Origin: Candidatus Latescibacterota bacterium
GTDB lineage: Bacteria > Latescibacterota > UBA2968 > UBA8231
DNA length: 64,000 bases
Reading direction: 5' to 3'
Assembly (NCBI GenBank): GCA_964291625.2
Contig: OZ220089.1
Coordinates: forward strand, 2,144,001-2,208,000
The stretch's first letter is position 1; each line of letters starts with the position of its first letter. Below, one piece after another: positions 39,914 to 49,437 of this stretch. The notes under the pieces were generated by a model. The model had not been told where the DNA came from, searched no databases, and saw only the letters and a list, made by a program, of their open reading frames with translations. The position numbers and the translations under genes are program-made.

Positions 39914-40249
39914 ATGGCGAAGACCGCTACAGTGCCCTACGACGTTGCTGAGCACCTTCGCACTCGCGAGGAAATGGCCGCGTATCTGGAAGCCTCCATC
40001 GAGGAGGCGGAGGGCGATGCCGCGTTCGTGGCCAAGGCTCTCGGCGACATCGCTCGCGCGCGGGGAATGGCGCAGGTGGCGACGGAGGCCGGCCTTTCCC
40101 GCGAGAGCCTCTACAAGGCGCTCTCCGGGGACCGCAACCCCACCTTCGAAACCGTCCTCAGGGTCGTCGGCGCGCTGGGCCTGAAGCTGCGTGCCGAAGC
40201 GGCGCTCGAGTCAGAAGCGGACGCCCGCGGCGCACCGGCGCACGGCTGA
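39914..40249 (+). CDS. Addiction-module antidote protein (HI1420-like HTH antitoxin)
   Basis: YDVAEHL, ALGDIARARGM, GLSRESLYKALSG..NPTFETV. Confidence 0.92.
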   Translation: MAKTATVPYDVAEHLRTREEMAAYLEASIEEAEGDAAFVAKALGDIARARGMAQVATEAGLSRESLYKALSGDRNPTFETVLRVVGALGLKLRAEAALESEADARGAPAHG

Positions 40250-40315
40250 TGGCACATGCTCCCTACCTGCGGGCGACCCGACATCGGGCGCACCGCCTGA
40301 AGACTCCGGCACCGG

Positions 40316-40560
40316 CTACCTGAGCAGCAGCATCTTCTTGACGGCCTGAAACGACTCTCCCGCCTGAAGCCGGTATCAGCAAATCCCCGACGACACGCCG
40401 TGTCCGGTATCGTCGGTCGCGTCCCACGACAAGAGTACGACCACCTGACCCGCCAATCTGTACACCGTCAGTTCCACCTCCGCCGCCTCGGGCAGTGCAC
40501 AGAGAACCGTCGGGACGGGGTTGAACGGGTTGGGCGTAGTCGCCCACCTGTTCCGTCCTG
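40316..40560 (-). pseudogene. Decayed FlgD-Ig / C-terminal sorting-domain fragment
   Basis: DY(+1 nt)PNPFNP..ALPEAAEVELTVY..GQ..WDATDDTG..VSSGIC*YRLQAGESFQAVKKMLLLR*; frameshift and internal TGA. Confidence 0.7.
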
Positions 40561-40626
40561 TCAAAGGCCCCCAACGAGGTCGGAGAGACCGCCTCCGGCC
40601 CATCACCTGACCAGGAGGTTGCCTCC

Positions 40627-41673
40627 ATGAAACAGGTCTTCCCCGACATGTACTGCTGGTCCGTCTTCAACGAGGACCGGCAGATCGACTTCAACGGCCA
40701 TCTGTGGGTGCGGGAGGAGGGGAACGTCCTCTTCGACCCGGTTCCGATGATCGAGTCCGATCTGGCCCAGCTCGAGCGGCTGGGAGGGGCCGCCTGGATC
40801 GTGGTCACCAACCGCGACCACGAGCGCGAGGCCGGCGCCTTCCGCCAGCGCACCGGCGCCCGGGTGATCGCCCACGAGGCCGACGCCGCGACCCTGACCA
40901 CCAGCGTCGACCGCGCCGTCGGCGAAGGGGAGATCCTCCCCGGCCTGCGGGCCGTGCCCCTGGAGCACGGCAAGAGCCCGGGCGAGATCGCCCTCCACTG
41001 GCCGGAGCGGGAGGTGATCCTGGCCAGCGATCTGGTGGTCGGCGCCCCGGTGGGACGGCTGAGCCTGCTGGCCGACGAGAAGCTCGAGGACGCGCCGGCG
41101 GCCGCCCTGGAGTGCCGCAAGCTCCTGGCCCTCGAGTTCGACGCCATCCTGGTCGGCGACGGCCACTCCCTCGTCACCGGGGCCCGCGAGCAGCTGCTGC
41201 GCTGCCTCGAGGCGCGCACGGACATCCACATCAACCACATCCACGCCGATGACCTGCGGTGGCGGCCCGGCCTCGACCGGGACGGCTACCGCTGGGACCA
41301 CAAGGACCTGGATCCCCTGGTGGGCGCCCGCCGGCTGGGCTACCAGCTGATCCGCCTGCCCCCGGGTCAGTCGACCTTCCCCTGTCACCTGCACCACTGC
41401 GCCGAGGAGCTGTTCGTCGTCCTGGAGGGGGAGTGCACCCTGCGCTCGGACCGGGGCTCCTGGAGCGTGCGCTCGGGCTCCTGCATCGCCTGCCCTCCTG
41501 GGCCCAGCGGCACCCACAAGTTCACCAACGAGAGCGCCGCCGACTGCGTCCTGCTGGCCGTGGGAGAGCAGATGACCCACGACGTGTGCGAGTACCCCGA
41601 CTCGGACAAGGTGGGCCTGCGGGCCGGCAGGTTCCGCAAGGGGGATGCGGTGGGCTACTGGGACGGGGAGTGA
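40627..41673 (+). CDS. Metallo-beta-lactamase-fold domain fused to a cupin domain
   Basis: Degenerate TNRDHERE, KSPGE, LVGDGH; cupin HLHHCAEELFVVLEG and HKFTN; AGGAGG RBS. Confidence 0.8.
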   Translation: MKQVFPDMYCWSVFNEDRQIDFNGHLWVREEGNVLFDPVPMIESDLAQLERLGGAAWIVVTNRDHEREAGAFRQRTGARVIAHEADAATLTTSVDRAVGEGEILPGLRAVPLEHGKSPGEIALHWPEREVILASDLVVGAPVGRLSLLADEKLEDAPAAALECRKLLALEFDAILVGDGHSLVTGAREQLLRCLEARTDIHINHIHADDLRWRPGLDRDGYRWDHKDLDPLVGARRLGYQLIRLPPGQSTFPCHLHHCAEELFVVLEGECTLRSDRGSWSVRSGSCIACPPGPSGTHKFTNESAADCVLLAVGEQMTHDVCEYPDSDKVGLRAGRFRKGDAVGYWDGE

Positions 41674-41749
41674 GCCCGAGAACTGCTTGCCGGGGGCCCC
41701 GGCCGGCGGTACCCTAATCCGCCCCCCTGTTCCCAGTCAGGAAGAGAGC

Positions 41750-44020
41750 ATGAACAGCATCCAGGCCGCCGTCGCGGGCCAGGCTCGCCGCAACAGCAAG
41801 CTGCTCGCAGGCGCCCGCTACCTCGGCGAGAGCGTCTCCTCCACCGTCCTGCCCCTCCAGGTCGACGTCTCCTCCGCCTCCGGTCTGACCGAGCAGCAGG
41901 TCGACGCCCTGGAGGGCCTGCAGATCGAGGCGGCGCGCACCGCCATCCGGTCCCTGGCCTCGCTGGCCGCCATCGGCGAGCTGGATCACCTCGGCGGCGG
42001 CCTCGAGCTGATCCCCGCCCTCACCCTCACCCTCGCCGTCACCGACTACGAGCGCGTCGAGTACACGATCGAGCACGCCCACACGAGTGTCGGCTACTAC
42101 GGCGCCCTGGCCGCCTACGGGTTCATCGACGACGACGCCGTCGTCGACCGGTTCCGGCGGGGCCTCGACCTGCCGGGCCACGTCTCCTGGCTGCCGGGGG
42201 GGACCCAGCTCAACGGCGGCCGCCTCGGCGTCATGATCCCCGCCGCCGTCGGCCAGGCCCTGGGCAAGGGGGCGCGGCGCGAGGACGGCGCCTGGGTAAT
42301 CGCCCACTGCGGCGACGCGGGCTGGGTCTCGGGACAGGCCCTCAACGGCTTCAACGGCGCCGACGTGGGCCGGGCGCCGATCACCTTCGTCATGCACCGC
42401 AACGGCATCCAGCTCTCCGGCGCGACGCGGTCGATCATGGACAAGGACCCGCGGCCGATCATCGAGTCCCTCGGCGTGCGCATCCTCGAGATCCCCACCC
42501 TCCACGACTCGGCCGCCCTCTTCGAGGCCTACCGCGAGGGCTGGCGCCTGGCGCAGGAGGGCACGCCGAACCTGATCTACCCCACCGGCTACCGCTCCCA
42601 CGAGGACCACGGCATCGTCGACCTGCGCTGGTTCGGCGAGCGCTACGGCGTCACCGAGCGGGTCGAGGAGATGGCCGCCGCCCACGGCGTCTCCATGGAC
42701 CGGCCCGTGTGGGTCCCCGGGTCGCTGATGAGCTTCCGCGACGACGGCCCCATGGTGGAGTGCCTCTTCCTGGTGAACGACCTGCCCGGCGGCGAGGGCC
42801 ACCACGACGGCCACATGAAGGACCGCGGCGAGGCCGAGGTCCTGGCGGGGCCGATGTTCCAGACCACGAGCGACCAGCGCGCCGCCCTCGGCCGGCTGCG
42901 CAGGAGGGAGGCTCGCGAGGTCGTCACCCGCGCCCGGCCGGCGCCCGGCAGCCCCAACCTCGTGCTCACCGACGACCAGCGGTCGGCCGCCGACCTTCCG
43001 GGCGCCGGGGAGAAGGTGAGCCCCCGCAACGGCTCCGAGGCCGCGTACGCCGCCGTGGCCGCGGCCCATCCGGAGGCGATGTTCGTGGTCAGCTGCGACC
43101 TCGACGCCTCGACCAAGCTCGGCAAGGCCCGGGCCCTGCTGGCGCCGGACCACGCCTTCGAGATGAGCATCGAGGAGCAGGCCGCCTGTCTGATCGCCGA
43201 CGGCCTCGCCGTCAGCTCCCGCGAGCCCCAGCTCAACGTGGTCTCCACCTTCGCCGCCTTCTTCGAGGGGATCGCCCGCGAGGGCTTCGACATGTGGCGC
43301 TACCAGCGCAACCTCACCGGCGTCAACGAGGGCCTCAACGTCACCTTCCACCTCTCCCACGTGGGCGCCTGCACCGGCCGCGACCACTTCTCGGGCTGGG
43401 GGCTGGACTGGATCAACGTGGGCCTCACCTACCTGCCCTACCTGCACCGGTTCTACGCGCCGGCCGACGCCCGCGCCGCCTTCCTCGCCGTGGTCGATCT
43501 CGCCGCCCACTACGGCGGGCACGTCATCGGCATCCCCCGCGACAACCTGCCGGTCCTGGAGAAGCAGGACGGCTCCGGACCGCTGTGGCAGCCAACGGAC
43601 CCGTGGGAGCCCGTCACCGCCTACCGCCGCACCGAGGGGGCCGAGCGGGCGATCCTCGCCCTCGGGGCGCCGGCCTTCCTCGCCGGAGAGGCCGCGGGGA
43701 CCCTGGGCCGCCAGGGTCTGCCCACGGACGCGCACGTGGTCAACGGCCTGCCACTCACGGAGCGCGAGCTGGAGAAGCTGCTGGCCCCCTACCCGGGCGG
43801 GATCGTCACCGTGGAAGACGGCTTCATCGGCACGCCGCAGACCGGCGTGCGCGGCTTCGCGGGGCTGGTGGCGTCCAAGGCGGCCGAGGCGGGCCTGCCC
43901 GTGGAGCACTTGGGGATCACCGATCCGACCACGGCCCCCTCGGACGGGCACATGGAGACCTGGAGGCACTTCGGCATCACCCGGCGGGGGCTGGCGGCGG
44001 CGGTCCGAAGGCTGTCATGA
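41750..44020 (+). CDS. Divergent transketolase-like TPP enzyme
   Basis: DHLGGG, LPGH, GRLG, GDAG...NGIQ TPP motif, CDLDAST, SIEEQ, STFAAF. Confidence 0.8.
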   Translation: MNSIQAAVAGQARRNSKLLAGARYLGESVSSTVLPLQVDVSSASGLTEQQVDALEGLQIEAARTAIRSLASLAAIGELDHLGGGLELIPALTLTLAVTDYERVEYTIEHAHTSVGYYGALAAYGFIDDDAVVDRFRRGLDLPGHVSWLPGGTQLNGGRLGVMIPAAVGQALGKGARREDGAWVIAHCGDAGWVSGQALNGFNGADVGRAPITFVMHRNGIQLSGATRSIMDKDPRPIIESLGVRILEIPTLHDSAALFEAYREGWRLAQEGTPNLIYPTGYRSHEDHGIVDLRWFGERYGVTERVEEMAAAHGVSMDRPVWVPGSLMSFRDDGPMVECLFLVNDLPGGEGHHDGHMKDRGEAEVLAGPMFQTTSDQRAALGRLRRREAREVVTRARPAPGSPNLVLTDDQRSAADLPGAGEKVSPRNGSEAAYAAVAAAHPEAMFVVSCDLDASTKLGKARALLAPDHAFEMSIEEQAACLIADGLAVSSREPQLNVVSTFAAFFEGIAREGFDMWRYQRNLTGVNEGLNVTFHLSHVGACTGRDHFSGWGLDWINVGLTYLPYLHRFYAPADARAAFLAVVDLAAHYGGHVIGIPRDNLPVLEKQDGSGPLWQPTDPWEPVTAYRRTEGAERAILALGAPAFLAGEAAGTLGRQGLPTDAHVVNGLPLTERELEKLLAPYPGGIVTVEDGFIGTPQTGVRGFAGLVASKAAEAGLPVEHLGITDPTTAPSDGHMETWRHFGITRRGLAAAVRRLS

Positions 44021-44102
44021 CACCTGTGGCCTGCACGCAGGTTCGCGGACGGATTCACGCGAGACCGCGCGCGCAGGCGCTCGAAACGGAAAGGGAATCT
44101 CG

Positions 44103-44759
44103 ATGAGACGGATCTCGACGATCGCCGCGGGCGCGGCGCTGGCAGGCATGACGGCCTGCGGAACCTCGGAGGAGGGGGACACGATGGGAGGCGACATGGG
44201 AGCGCTGATGGACCCGGCGGGCGCGGAGATGACGCAGGAGGCTCCGGCCACCTTCCGGGCGCGGTTCGAGACTACCAAGGGGATTTTCGTGGTCGAGGTG
44301 GAGCGCCGGCTGGCGCCGCGCGGCGCCGACCGCTTCTACAACTTGGTGCGCCACGGCTACTACAACGGAACCAAGCTCTTCCGCGTCATCCCCGGATTCG
44401 TGGTGCAGTGGGGGATGAGCGGCAACCCGGCCCTCAACAAGGAATGGCACCAGGCCCGGATCCCCGACGACCCGGTGATCGCCAGCAACGAGGCCGGCAC
44501 CATCACCTTCGCCATGGCCGGCCCGAACACGCGCACCACCCAGCTCTTCATCAACTACAAGAACAACGCCGGTCTCGACGGCCAGGGCTTCGCCCCCTTC
44601 GGCCGCGTCGTCGAGGGCATGGAGGTGGTCGAGTCCTTCAACGCCGAGTACGGACGCACCCCGTCCGACAACCAGCAGCGCATCGGGGCGGAAGGCAACG
44701 CCTTCCTCGAGAAGCACTTCCCCAATCTCGACGCCATCCTGAGCGCGACGATCGAGTAG
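44103..44759 (+). CDS. Cyclophilin-type peptidyl-prolyl isomerase, lipoprotein
   Basis: Lipobox MTAC; FRVIPGFVVQWG, FAMAGPNTRTTQLFIN, FGRVVEGM. Confidence 0.93.
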   Translation: MRRISTIAAGAALAGMTACGTSEEGDTMGGDMGALMDPAGAEMTQEAPATFRARFETTKGIFVVEVERRLAPRGADRFYNLVRHGYYNGTKLFRVIPGFVVQWGMSGNPALNKEWHQARIPDDPVIASNEAGTITFAMAGPNTRTTQLFINYKNNAGLDGQGFAPFGRVVEGMEVVESFNAEYGRTPSDNQQRIGAEGNAFLEKHFPNLDAILSATIE

Positions 44760-44768
44760 CCGGGGCCG

Positions 44769-45683
44769 TTGGCCGGCTACCGCACCGACCACATCGGTCC
44801 CGGCGCCGCCTCCCTGGCGCTGCTGACCGCCGTTCTCTGGGGCGGCAACCAGGTCGCCATCGAGGCCGCCCTGGAGGGCCTGCCGGCCCTGGCCCTCGGC
44901 GCCGCCCGCTTCGCCATCGGCTGGGCGGTGGTCGCCGTCGCCGCCGCCGTCACCCGGGAGCCGGTGAACTTGGCTCCGGGGCAGCTGCGCCCCCTCGTCG
45001 GCCTCACCCTGCTCTTCGTCGCCCAGATCGCCTCCCTCAACATCGGCTCCGACCACACCACTTCGAGCCGCGCCATCGTGGTGATCTCGGCCTACCCCTT
45101 CTTCACCGCCGTATTCTCCCACCTGCTGATCCCCGGCGACCGTCTCGCGCCCCGGATGGTGCTCGGCATGGTCCTCTCCTTCGCCGGCATCGTGTGGATG
45201 TTCGCCGAGAGCCTCTCCTGGCGGTCGATGGCCTACCTCCTCGGTGACGCGGTGGTCCTGCTCAGCGCCGCCCTGCTGGGCCTGCGCCAGGTGGTGATCA
45301 AGCGCCTCGTCTCCGGCCTCCATCCCTACAAGGTCCTGTTCTGGCAGGCCCTGCTGAGCGTGCCCGTCTTCGCGGGCCTGAGCCTGCTCCTCGAAGGAAC
45401 GTCGGGGTACGCCTGGAATGCGGGGGCGGTCCTGGGCGTGCTCTACCAGGGAATCGTGGTGGCAGGGGCCTGCTTCATCATCCTCGTCCACCTCTTCACC
45501 CGGCACAGCGCCGGCCGCCTCGGCATCTACGGCTTCGTCACCCCCGCCGTCGGCGTGGCGCTGAGCATGTGGATCATGGACGAGGTGCCGACCCCGGCCG
45601 TCGTCGGCAGCATGGCCCTGGTGGCCGCCGGCATCGCCGTGTCCCATACGGCGCCGCGGGCCCCCGAGCCGGACAGGGCCTGA
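44769..45683 (+). CDS. DMT/EamA family transporter
   Basis: About 10 TMs; LWGG, ARF, YPFFTAV, TPAVGV. Confidence 0.88.
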   Translation: MAGYRTDHIGPGAASLALLTAVLWGGNQVAIEAALEGLPALALGAARFAIGWAVVAVAAAVTREPVNLAPGQLRPLVGLTLLFVAQIASLNIGSDHTTSSRAIVVISAYPFFTAVFSHLLIPGDRLAPRMVLGMVLSFAGIVWMFAESLSWRSMAYLLGDAVVLLSAALLGLRQVVIKRLVSGLHPYKVLFWQALLSVPVFAGLSLLLEGTSGYAWNAGAVLGVLYQGIVVAGACFIILVHLFTRHSAGRLGIYGFVTPAVGVALSMWIMDEVPTPAVVGSMALVAAGIAVSHTAPRAPEPDRA

Positions 45684-45739
45684 GGGCCCCCTCCGCACGC
45701 GCCCGAGGAACCAGGGCGGTATATTTCCGTCCCTTCCCC

Positions 45740-48700
45740 ATGCCCCGAATGGAATACGTCGCCGACATCCACCTGCACTCGCGCTGGTCGCGGGCCACCA
45801 GCCGCGACCTGAACCCCGAAAACCTGCACAAGTGGTCGCAGCTGAAGGGGATCGGCGTCGTCGGCACGGCCGACTTCACGCACCCCGAGTGGCTGGCGGA
45901 GCTGAAGGAGAAGCTGGAGCCGGCGGAGGAGGGGCTCTTCCGCCTCCGGCCCGACCTCGCCAAACCCGTCGACGGGCAGGTGCCGCCCTCGTGCCGGGGG
46001 CAGGTCCGCTTCCTGCTCACCGTGGAGATCAGCTCGATCTACAAGCGGGGCGGGCGCACCCGCAAGGTCCACAACGTCGTCTGCCTGCCCGGCTTCGACG
46101 CCGTGGACGACCTCAACCGGCGGCTCTCGGCGATCGGCAACCTGGGCTCGGACGGGCGCCCCATCCTCGGCCTCGACAGCCGCGACCTGCTGGAGATCTG
46201 CCTCGAGGTCGATCCCCGGGTGCTGTTCATCCCCGCCCACATCTGGACGCCCCACTTCGCCGTCCTCGGCGCCAGCTCCGGCTTCGACAGCCTCGAGGAG
46301 TGCTTCGACGACCTGCTGCCCCACATCTTCGCCGTCGAGACCGGCCTCTCCTCCGACCCGCCCATGAACAGCCGGCTCTCCGCCCTCGACCGCTACGCCG
46401 TGGTCTCCAACTCCGACGCGCACTCGCCCTCCCGCCTCGGCCGCGAGGCGACCTGCTTCGACACGGAGCTCTCCTACACCGGGATGCGCGAGGCCCTGCG
46501 CTCCCGCGACCCGTCCCGGTTCACCGGCACCATCGAGTTCTACCCCGAGGAGGGGAAGTACCACTACGACGGGCACCGCAAGTGCGGGGTCCGCTGGAAG
46601 CCGGCCGAGACCCGGGCCGCCGCCGGCCTCTGCCCGGAGTGCGGGCGCAAGCTCACGGTGGGCGTCCTGCACCGGGTCGAGAGCCTCGCCGACCGCGGCG
46701 AGGAGGAAGAGCCGACGGTGGAGCGGCCCTTCGAGTACCTCATCGCCCTCGACGAGGTGATCGGCTCGTGCATCGGCGTGGGGCCGAAGAGCAAGAGGGT
46801 GCAGGGCATCCACCGGCACCTGCTGGAGCAGCTCGGCCCGGAGCTGTCGGTGCTGCGCGCCGTGGACCCGGAGCGCATGGCCGCTTGCGGGGAGCCCCTG
46901 GTGGCCGAGGGCGTGCGCCGCATGCGCGAGGGCCGGGTCGCCATCGAGCCCGGGTACGACGGTGAGTACGGGGTGATCCAGGTCTTCACCGAGGAGGAAC
47001 GCCGGCGGCTGGAGGGCCAGGGCCGGCTGTTCAACCTGCCGGCGGAGCCACCGCCCGCCGACACCGGCACCCAGGCCGCGGCCGTGGACGCCGCCGACCT
47101 CGTGGAACCCATCGCCCCGGAGCCCGCCGCCGTCGACACCGGGGCGGTCGCCGCGCCGTCCGCGGCCCCGCCCGTCGATGCGAAGGCCCTGGACGCCGCA
47201 CACGTGGTGGAGCGCATTGCCCTGGAGTCTGTTGACGGGACGCCGCGCCTGGACGCGCTGCTCGAGGCCGCGGAGGAGTCCACCGGCGAGAAGGCCCTGG
47301 AGGATCTGGACCACGACCAGAGGGAGGCGGTGAGGGCCGCCGGCCCGGTGGCCGTGATCGCCGGACCCGGCTCGGGCAAGACCCGGACCCTGACGCGGCG
47401 GATCGCCTGGCTGGTGCGGGAGCGCTCCTGCCCGCCGGAGCGCATCGCCGCCGTGACCTTCACCCAGCGCGCGTCCCGGGAGATGGCCGAGCGCCTGGAG
47501 GATCTGCTGGGCGAGCAGGCCGGGGCCGTGCGCGTGGGCACCTTCCACCGGCTGGCCATCGACTGGACCGCCGGGATCACCGGCGCCGGACCGCCGCTGG
47601 TGGTGGACGAGGCCGAGTCCCTCGGCCTGCTGCGCGACGTGCTGGCCCGCTCGCGGCCGGCCGGGGCGCAGACCCGCGATCTCCGCGACCGCATCTCGCG
47701 GTGGAAGGCGGACGGCCTGCGGCCCGGGGACCTGGCCGGCGAACCCCTCGCCGGGGCCTACGCCGCCTACCAGGAGCGCCTGGAGGCCTGCGGCGCCCGC
47801 GACTACGACGACCTCCTCCTCGACCTGCTGGAGCTGCTGCGCGGCGACGAAGCGGTCTGCCGTCGGGCCGCGGCCGATCAGGACCACCTCCTCGTCGACG
47901 AGTTCCAGGACGTCAACGCGGTTCAGTACGAGCTGGTGAGGCGGCTGGCCGCCTCCGGCGAAGGCCTGTTCGTCATCGGCGATCCGGACCAGGCGATATA
48001 CGGCTTCCGCGGCGCCGACCCGCGGTACTTCGCCCGCCTGGGGCAGGACTTCCCGGACCTTCGCGAGCACCGGCTGGAGCGCAACTACCGCAGCGCCCCG
48101 GGCGTGGCCGCCGCCTCCCGGGCGGTGATCGCGAGCGGCAGCCCCCCGGCGGGCGTCAGCGGCGGCGGCGCGGCCTCCCGAGCGGTGATCGGCGGCCAGT
48201 GGCGGCCGGCCCCAGGCAGCGACGGCGGCGCAACTCCCCCCGGACCCTGCATCCGCCTCGTCGAGGCCGGCAGCGAGCAGGCCGAGGCGATCGCCGTGGT
48301 CCGCGCCGTGCAGGAGCTGGTGGGCGGCACCGACATGGTCGCCACCGATCAGGCCAGCGGGACCCCCGAGCCCGGGAGCTACGGCTTCGACGACGTGGCC
48401 GTCCTCTTCCGCACCGGCCGCCAGGCCGCGGCGCTGGAGGAGTGCTTCCTCACCGAGGGCCTGCCGTACTCCGTCTCCGGTTCGCGGCGTTTCCTGGAGG
48501 AGCGAGGCGCCCGGGACGCGGTGGCCTTCTTCCGCTACGCCCTGGAGCCCGGGCGCCCCCTGCGCATGCTGGAGGCCCTGCGCACCGGCCCCTTCGACGC
48601 CGGCGCCGCGGCCCTGGGGCGGCTGTCGGAGGCCATCGGCTCAGCGGGCGAGCTGGAGGCCGCCGCCAGCGGGCTCCCCACCAAGGCCGCCGCCCAGGTG

Positions 48701-49252
48701 GAGGCCCTGCGCCGGGCCGCCGCCGGGTACGCCCGCCGCGCCGAGAACGAGCCCCCGGACAAGGTGCTGCGCGTCTGGCAGGAGGACCTCGGCGTGGAGG
48801 CCACCCCGGCCTTCGAGCAGCTCGTCGGCGTCGCCGCGGGAGCCGCCTCCATGGGGGAGCTGCTCGACACGCTGCTGCTGGGCCGCGAGGGCGACGTGAC
48901 CCGCCGCGACGGCCGGCCCGCCGCGCAGGCCGTGGCCCTCATGACGATGCACGCCGCCAAGGGCCTGGAGTTTCCGGTGGTGATCGTCTCCGGCGTGGAG
49001 GACGGCCTCGTGCCGCTGCGCGACGGGGACGGCGCCGCCGACCTGGAGGAGGAGCGGCGCCTGCTCTTCGTAGCCCTCACCCGGGCCCGGGAGCGGCTGA
49101 TCCTCACCCGGTCGCGGCAGCGCACAGTGCGCGGACAGCGCGCGAGCCTGCCGCCGTCGCCGTTCCTGGCGGACCTGCCCCCGGAGCTGTGCGAGCTGCA
49201 GGACGCCGACACGCGTCCCCGGCGCCGCGGCGCTCAGCTGGAGCTCTTCTAG
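45740..49252 (+). CDS. Endonuclease Q-like PHP domain fused to a UvrD/Rep helicase
   Basis: ADIHLHSRWS, GTADFTHP, PAHIWTP, SNSDAHS, GKYHYDGHRKC..CPECG; helicase AGPGSGKT, DEFQD, GDPDQAIYGFRG, NYRS, HAAKGLEF, VALTRAR. Confidence 0.92.
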   Translation: MPRMEYVADIHLHSRWSRATSRDLNPENLHKWSQLKGIGVVGTADFTHPEWLAELKEKLEPAEEGLFRLRPDLAKPVDGQVPPSCRGQVRFLLTVEISSIYKRGGRTRKVHNVVCLPGFDAVDDLNRRLSAIGNLGSDGRPILGLDSRDLLEICLEVDPRVLFIPAHIWTPHFAVLGASSGFDSLEECFDDLLPHIFAVETGLSSDPPMNSRLSALDRYAVVSNSDAHSPSRLGREATCFDTELSYTGMREALRSRDPSRFTGTIEFYPEEGKYHYDGHRKCGVRWKPAETRAAAGLCPECGRKLTVGVLHRVESLADRGEEEEPTVERPFEYLIALDEVIGSCIGVGPKSKRVQGIHRHLLEQLGPELSVLRAVDPERMAACGEPLVAEGVRRMREGRVAIEPGYDGEYGVIQVFTEEERRRLEGQGRLFNLPAEPPPADTGTQAAAVDAADLVEPIAPEPAAVDTGAVAAPSAAPPVDAKALDAAHVVERIALESVDGTPRLDALLEAAEESTGEKALEDLDHDQREAVRAAGPVAVIAGPGSGKTRTLTRRIAWLVRERSCPPERIAAVTFTQRASREMAERLEDLLGEQAGAVRVGTFHRLAIDWTAGITGAGPPLVVDEAESLGLLRDVLARSRPAGAQTRDLRDRISRWKADGLRPGDLAGEPLAGAYAAYQERLEACGARDYDDLLLDLLELLRGDEAVCRRAAADQDHLLVDEFQDVNAVQYELVRRLAASGEGLFVIGDPDQAIYGFRGADPRYFARLGQDFPDLREHRLERNYRSAPGVAAASRAVIASGSPPAGVSGGGAASRAVIGGQWRPAPGSDGGATPPGPCIRLVEAGSEQAEAIAVVRAVQELVGGTDMVATDQASGTPEPGSYGFDDVAVLFRTGRQAAALEECFLTEGLPYSVSGSRRFLEERGARDAVAFFRYALEPGRPLRMLEALRTGPFDAGAAALGRLSEAIGSAGELEAAASGLPTKAAAQVEALRRAAAGYARRAENEPPDKVLRVWQEDLGVEATPAFEQLVGVAAGAASMGELLDTLLLGREGDVTRRDGRPAAQAVALMTMHAAKGLEFPVVIVSGVEDGLVPLRDGDGAADLEEERRLLFVALTRARERLILTRSRQRTVRGQRASLPPSPFLADLPPELCELQDADTRPRRRGAQLELF

Positions 49253-49405
49253 GGTAGAAGGAAGGAGTCCCGGCACCTCGTGTCGGCGCGGTGCGGGCCC
49301 CCGGAGCCGCGGCGCCCAGCTGGAGCTGTTCTTAGGTAGAAGGAAGAGTCCCGGCGCCCCGTCTCGGCGAGGGCCGGGCCCCCGTGCCGCGGCGCCCGGC
49401 TCGAG
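49217..49405 (+). repeat. About 82-bp tandem repeat (2 copies plus a partial) spanning the helicase 3' end
   Basis: gccgcggcgc(t/c)cagctggagct(c/g)ttct..ggtagaaggaag(g)agtcccggc recurs in units starting about 49217 and 49298; partial third unit about 49379. Confidence 0.8.
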
Positions 49406-49437
49406 TCGGCGCCCCGGGCGAGCGCCGTCAGCGGGTC

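Noticed and set aside
37265-39955. 896-aa ORF as one fused protein (similarly the 934-, 981- and 770-aa ORFs)
   Set aside because: The upstream parts are off-frame read-through of neighbouring genes; the real starts have their own RBS or family N-terminus at 38455, 19953, 50919 and 22729.
49217-49405. Possible mini CRISPR array
   Set aside because: Whole units repeat with no unique spacers, there are only about 2.3 copies, and no cas genes are present.
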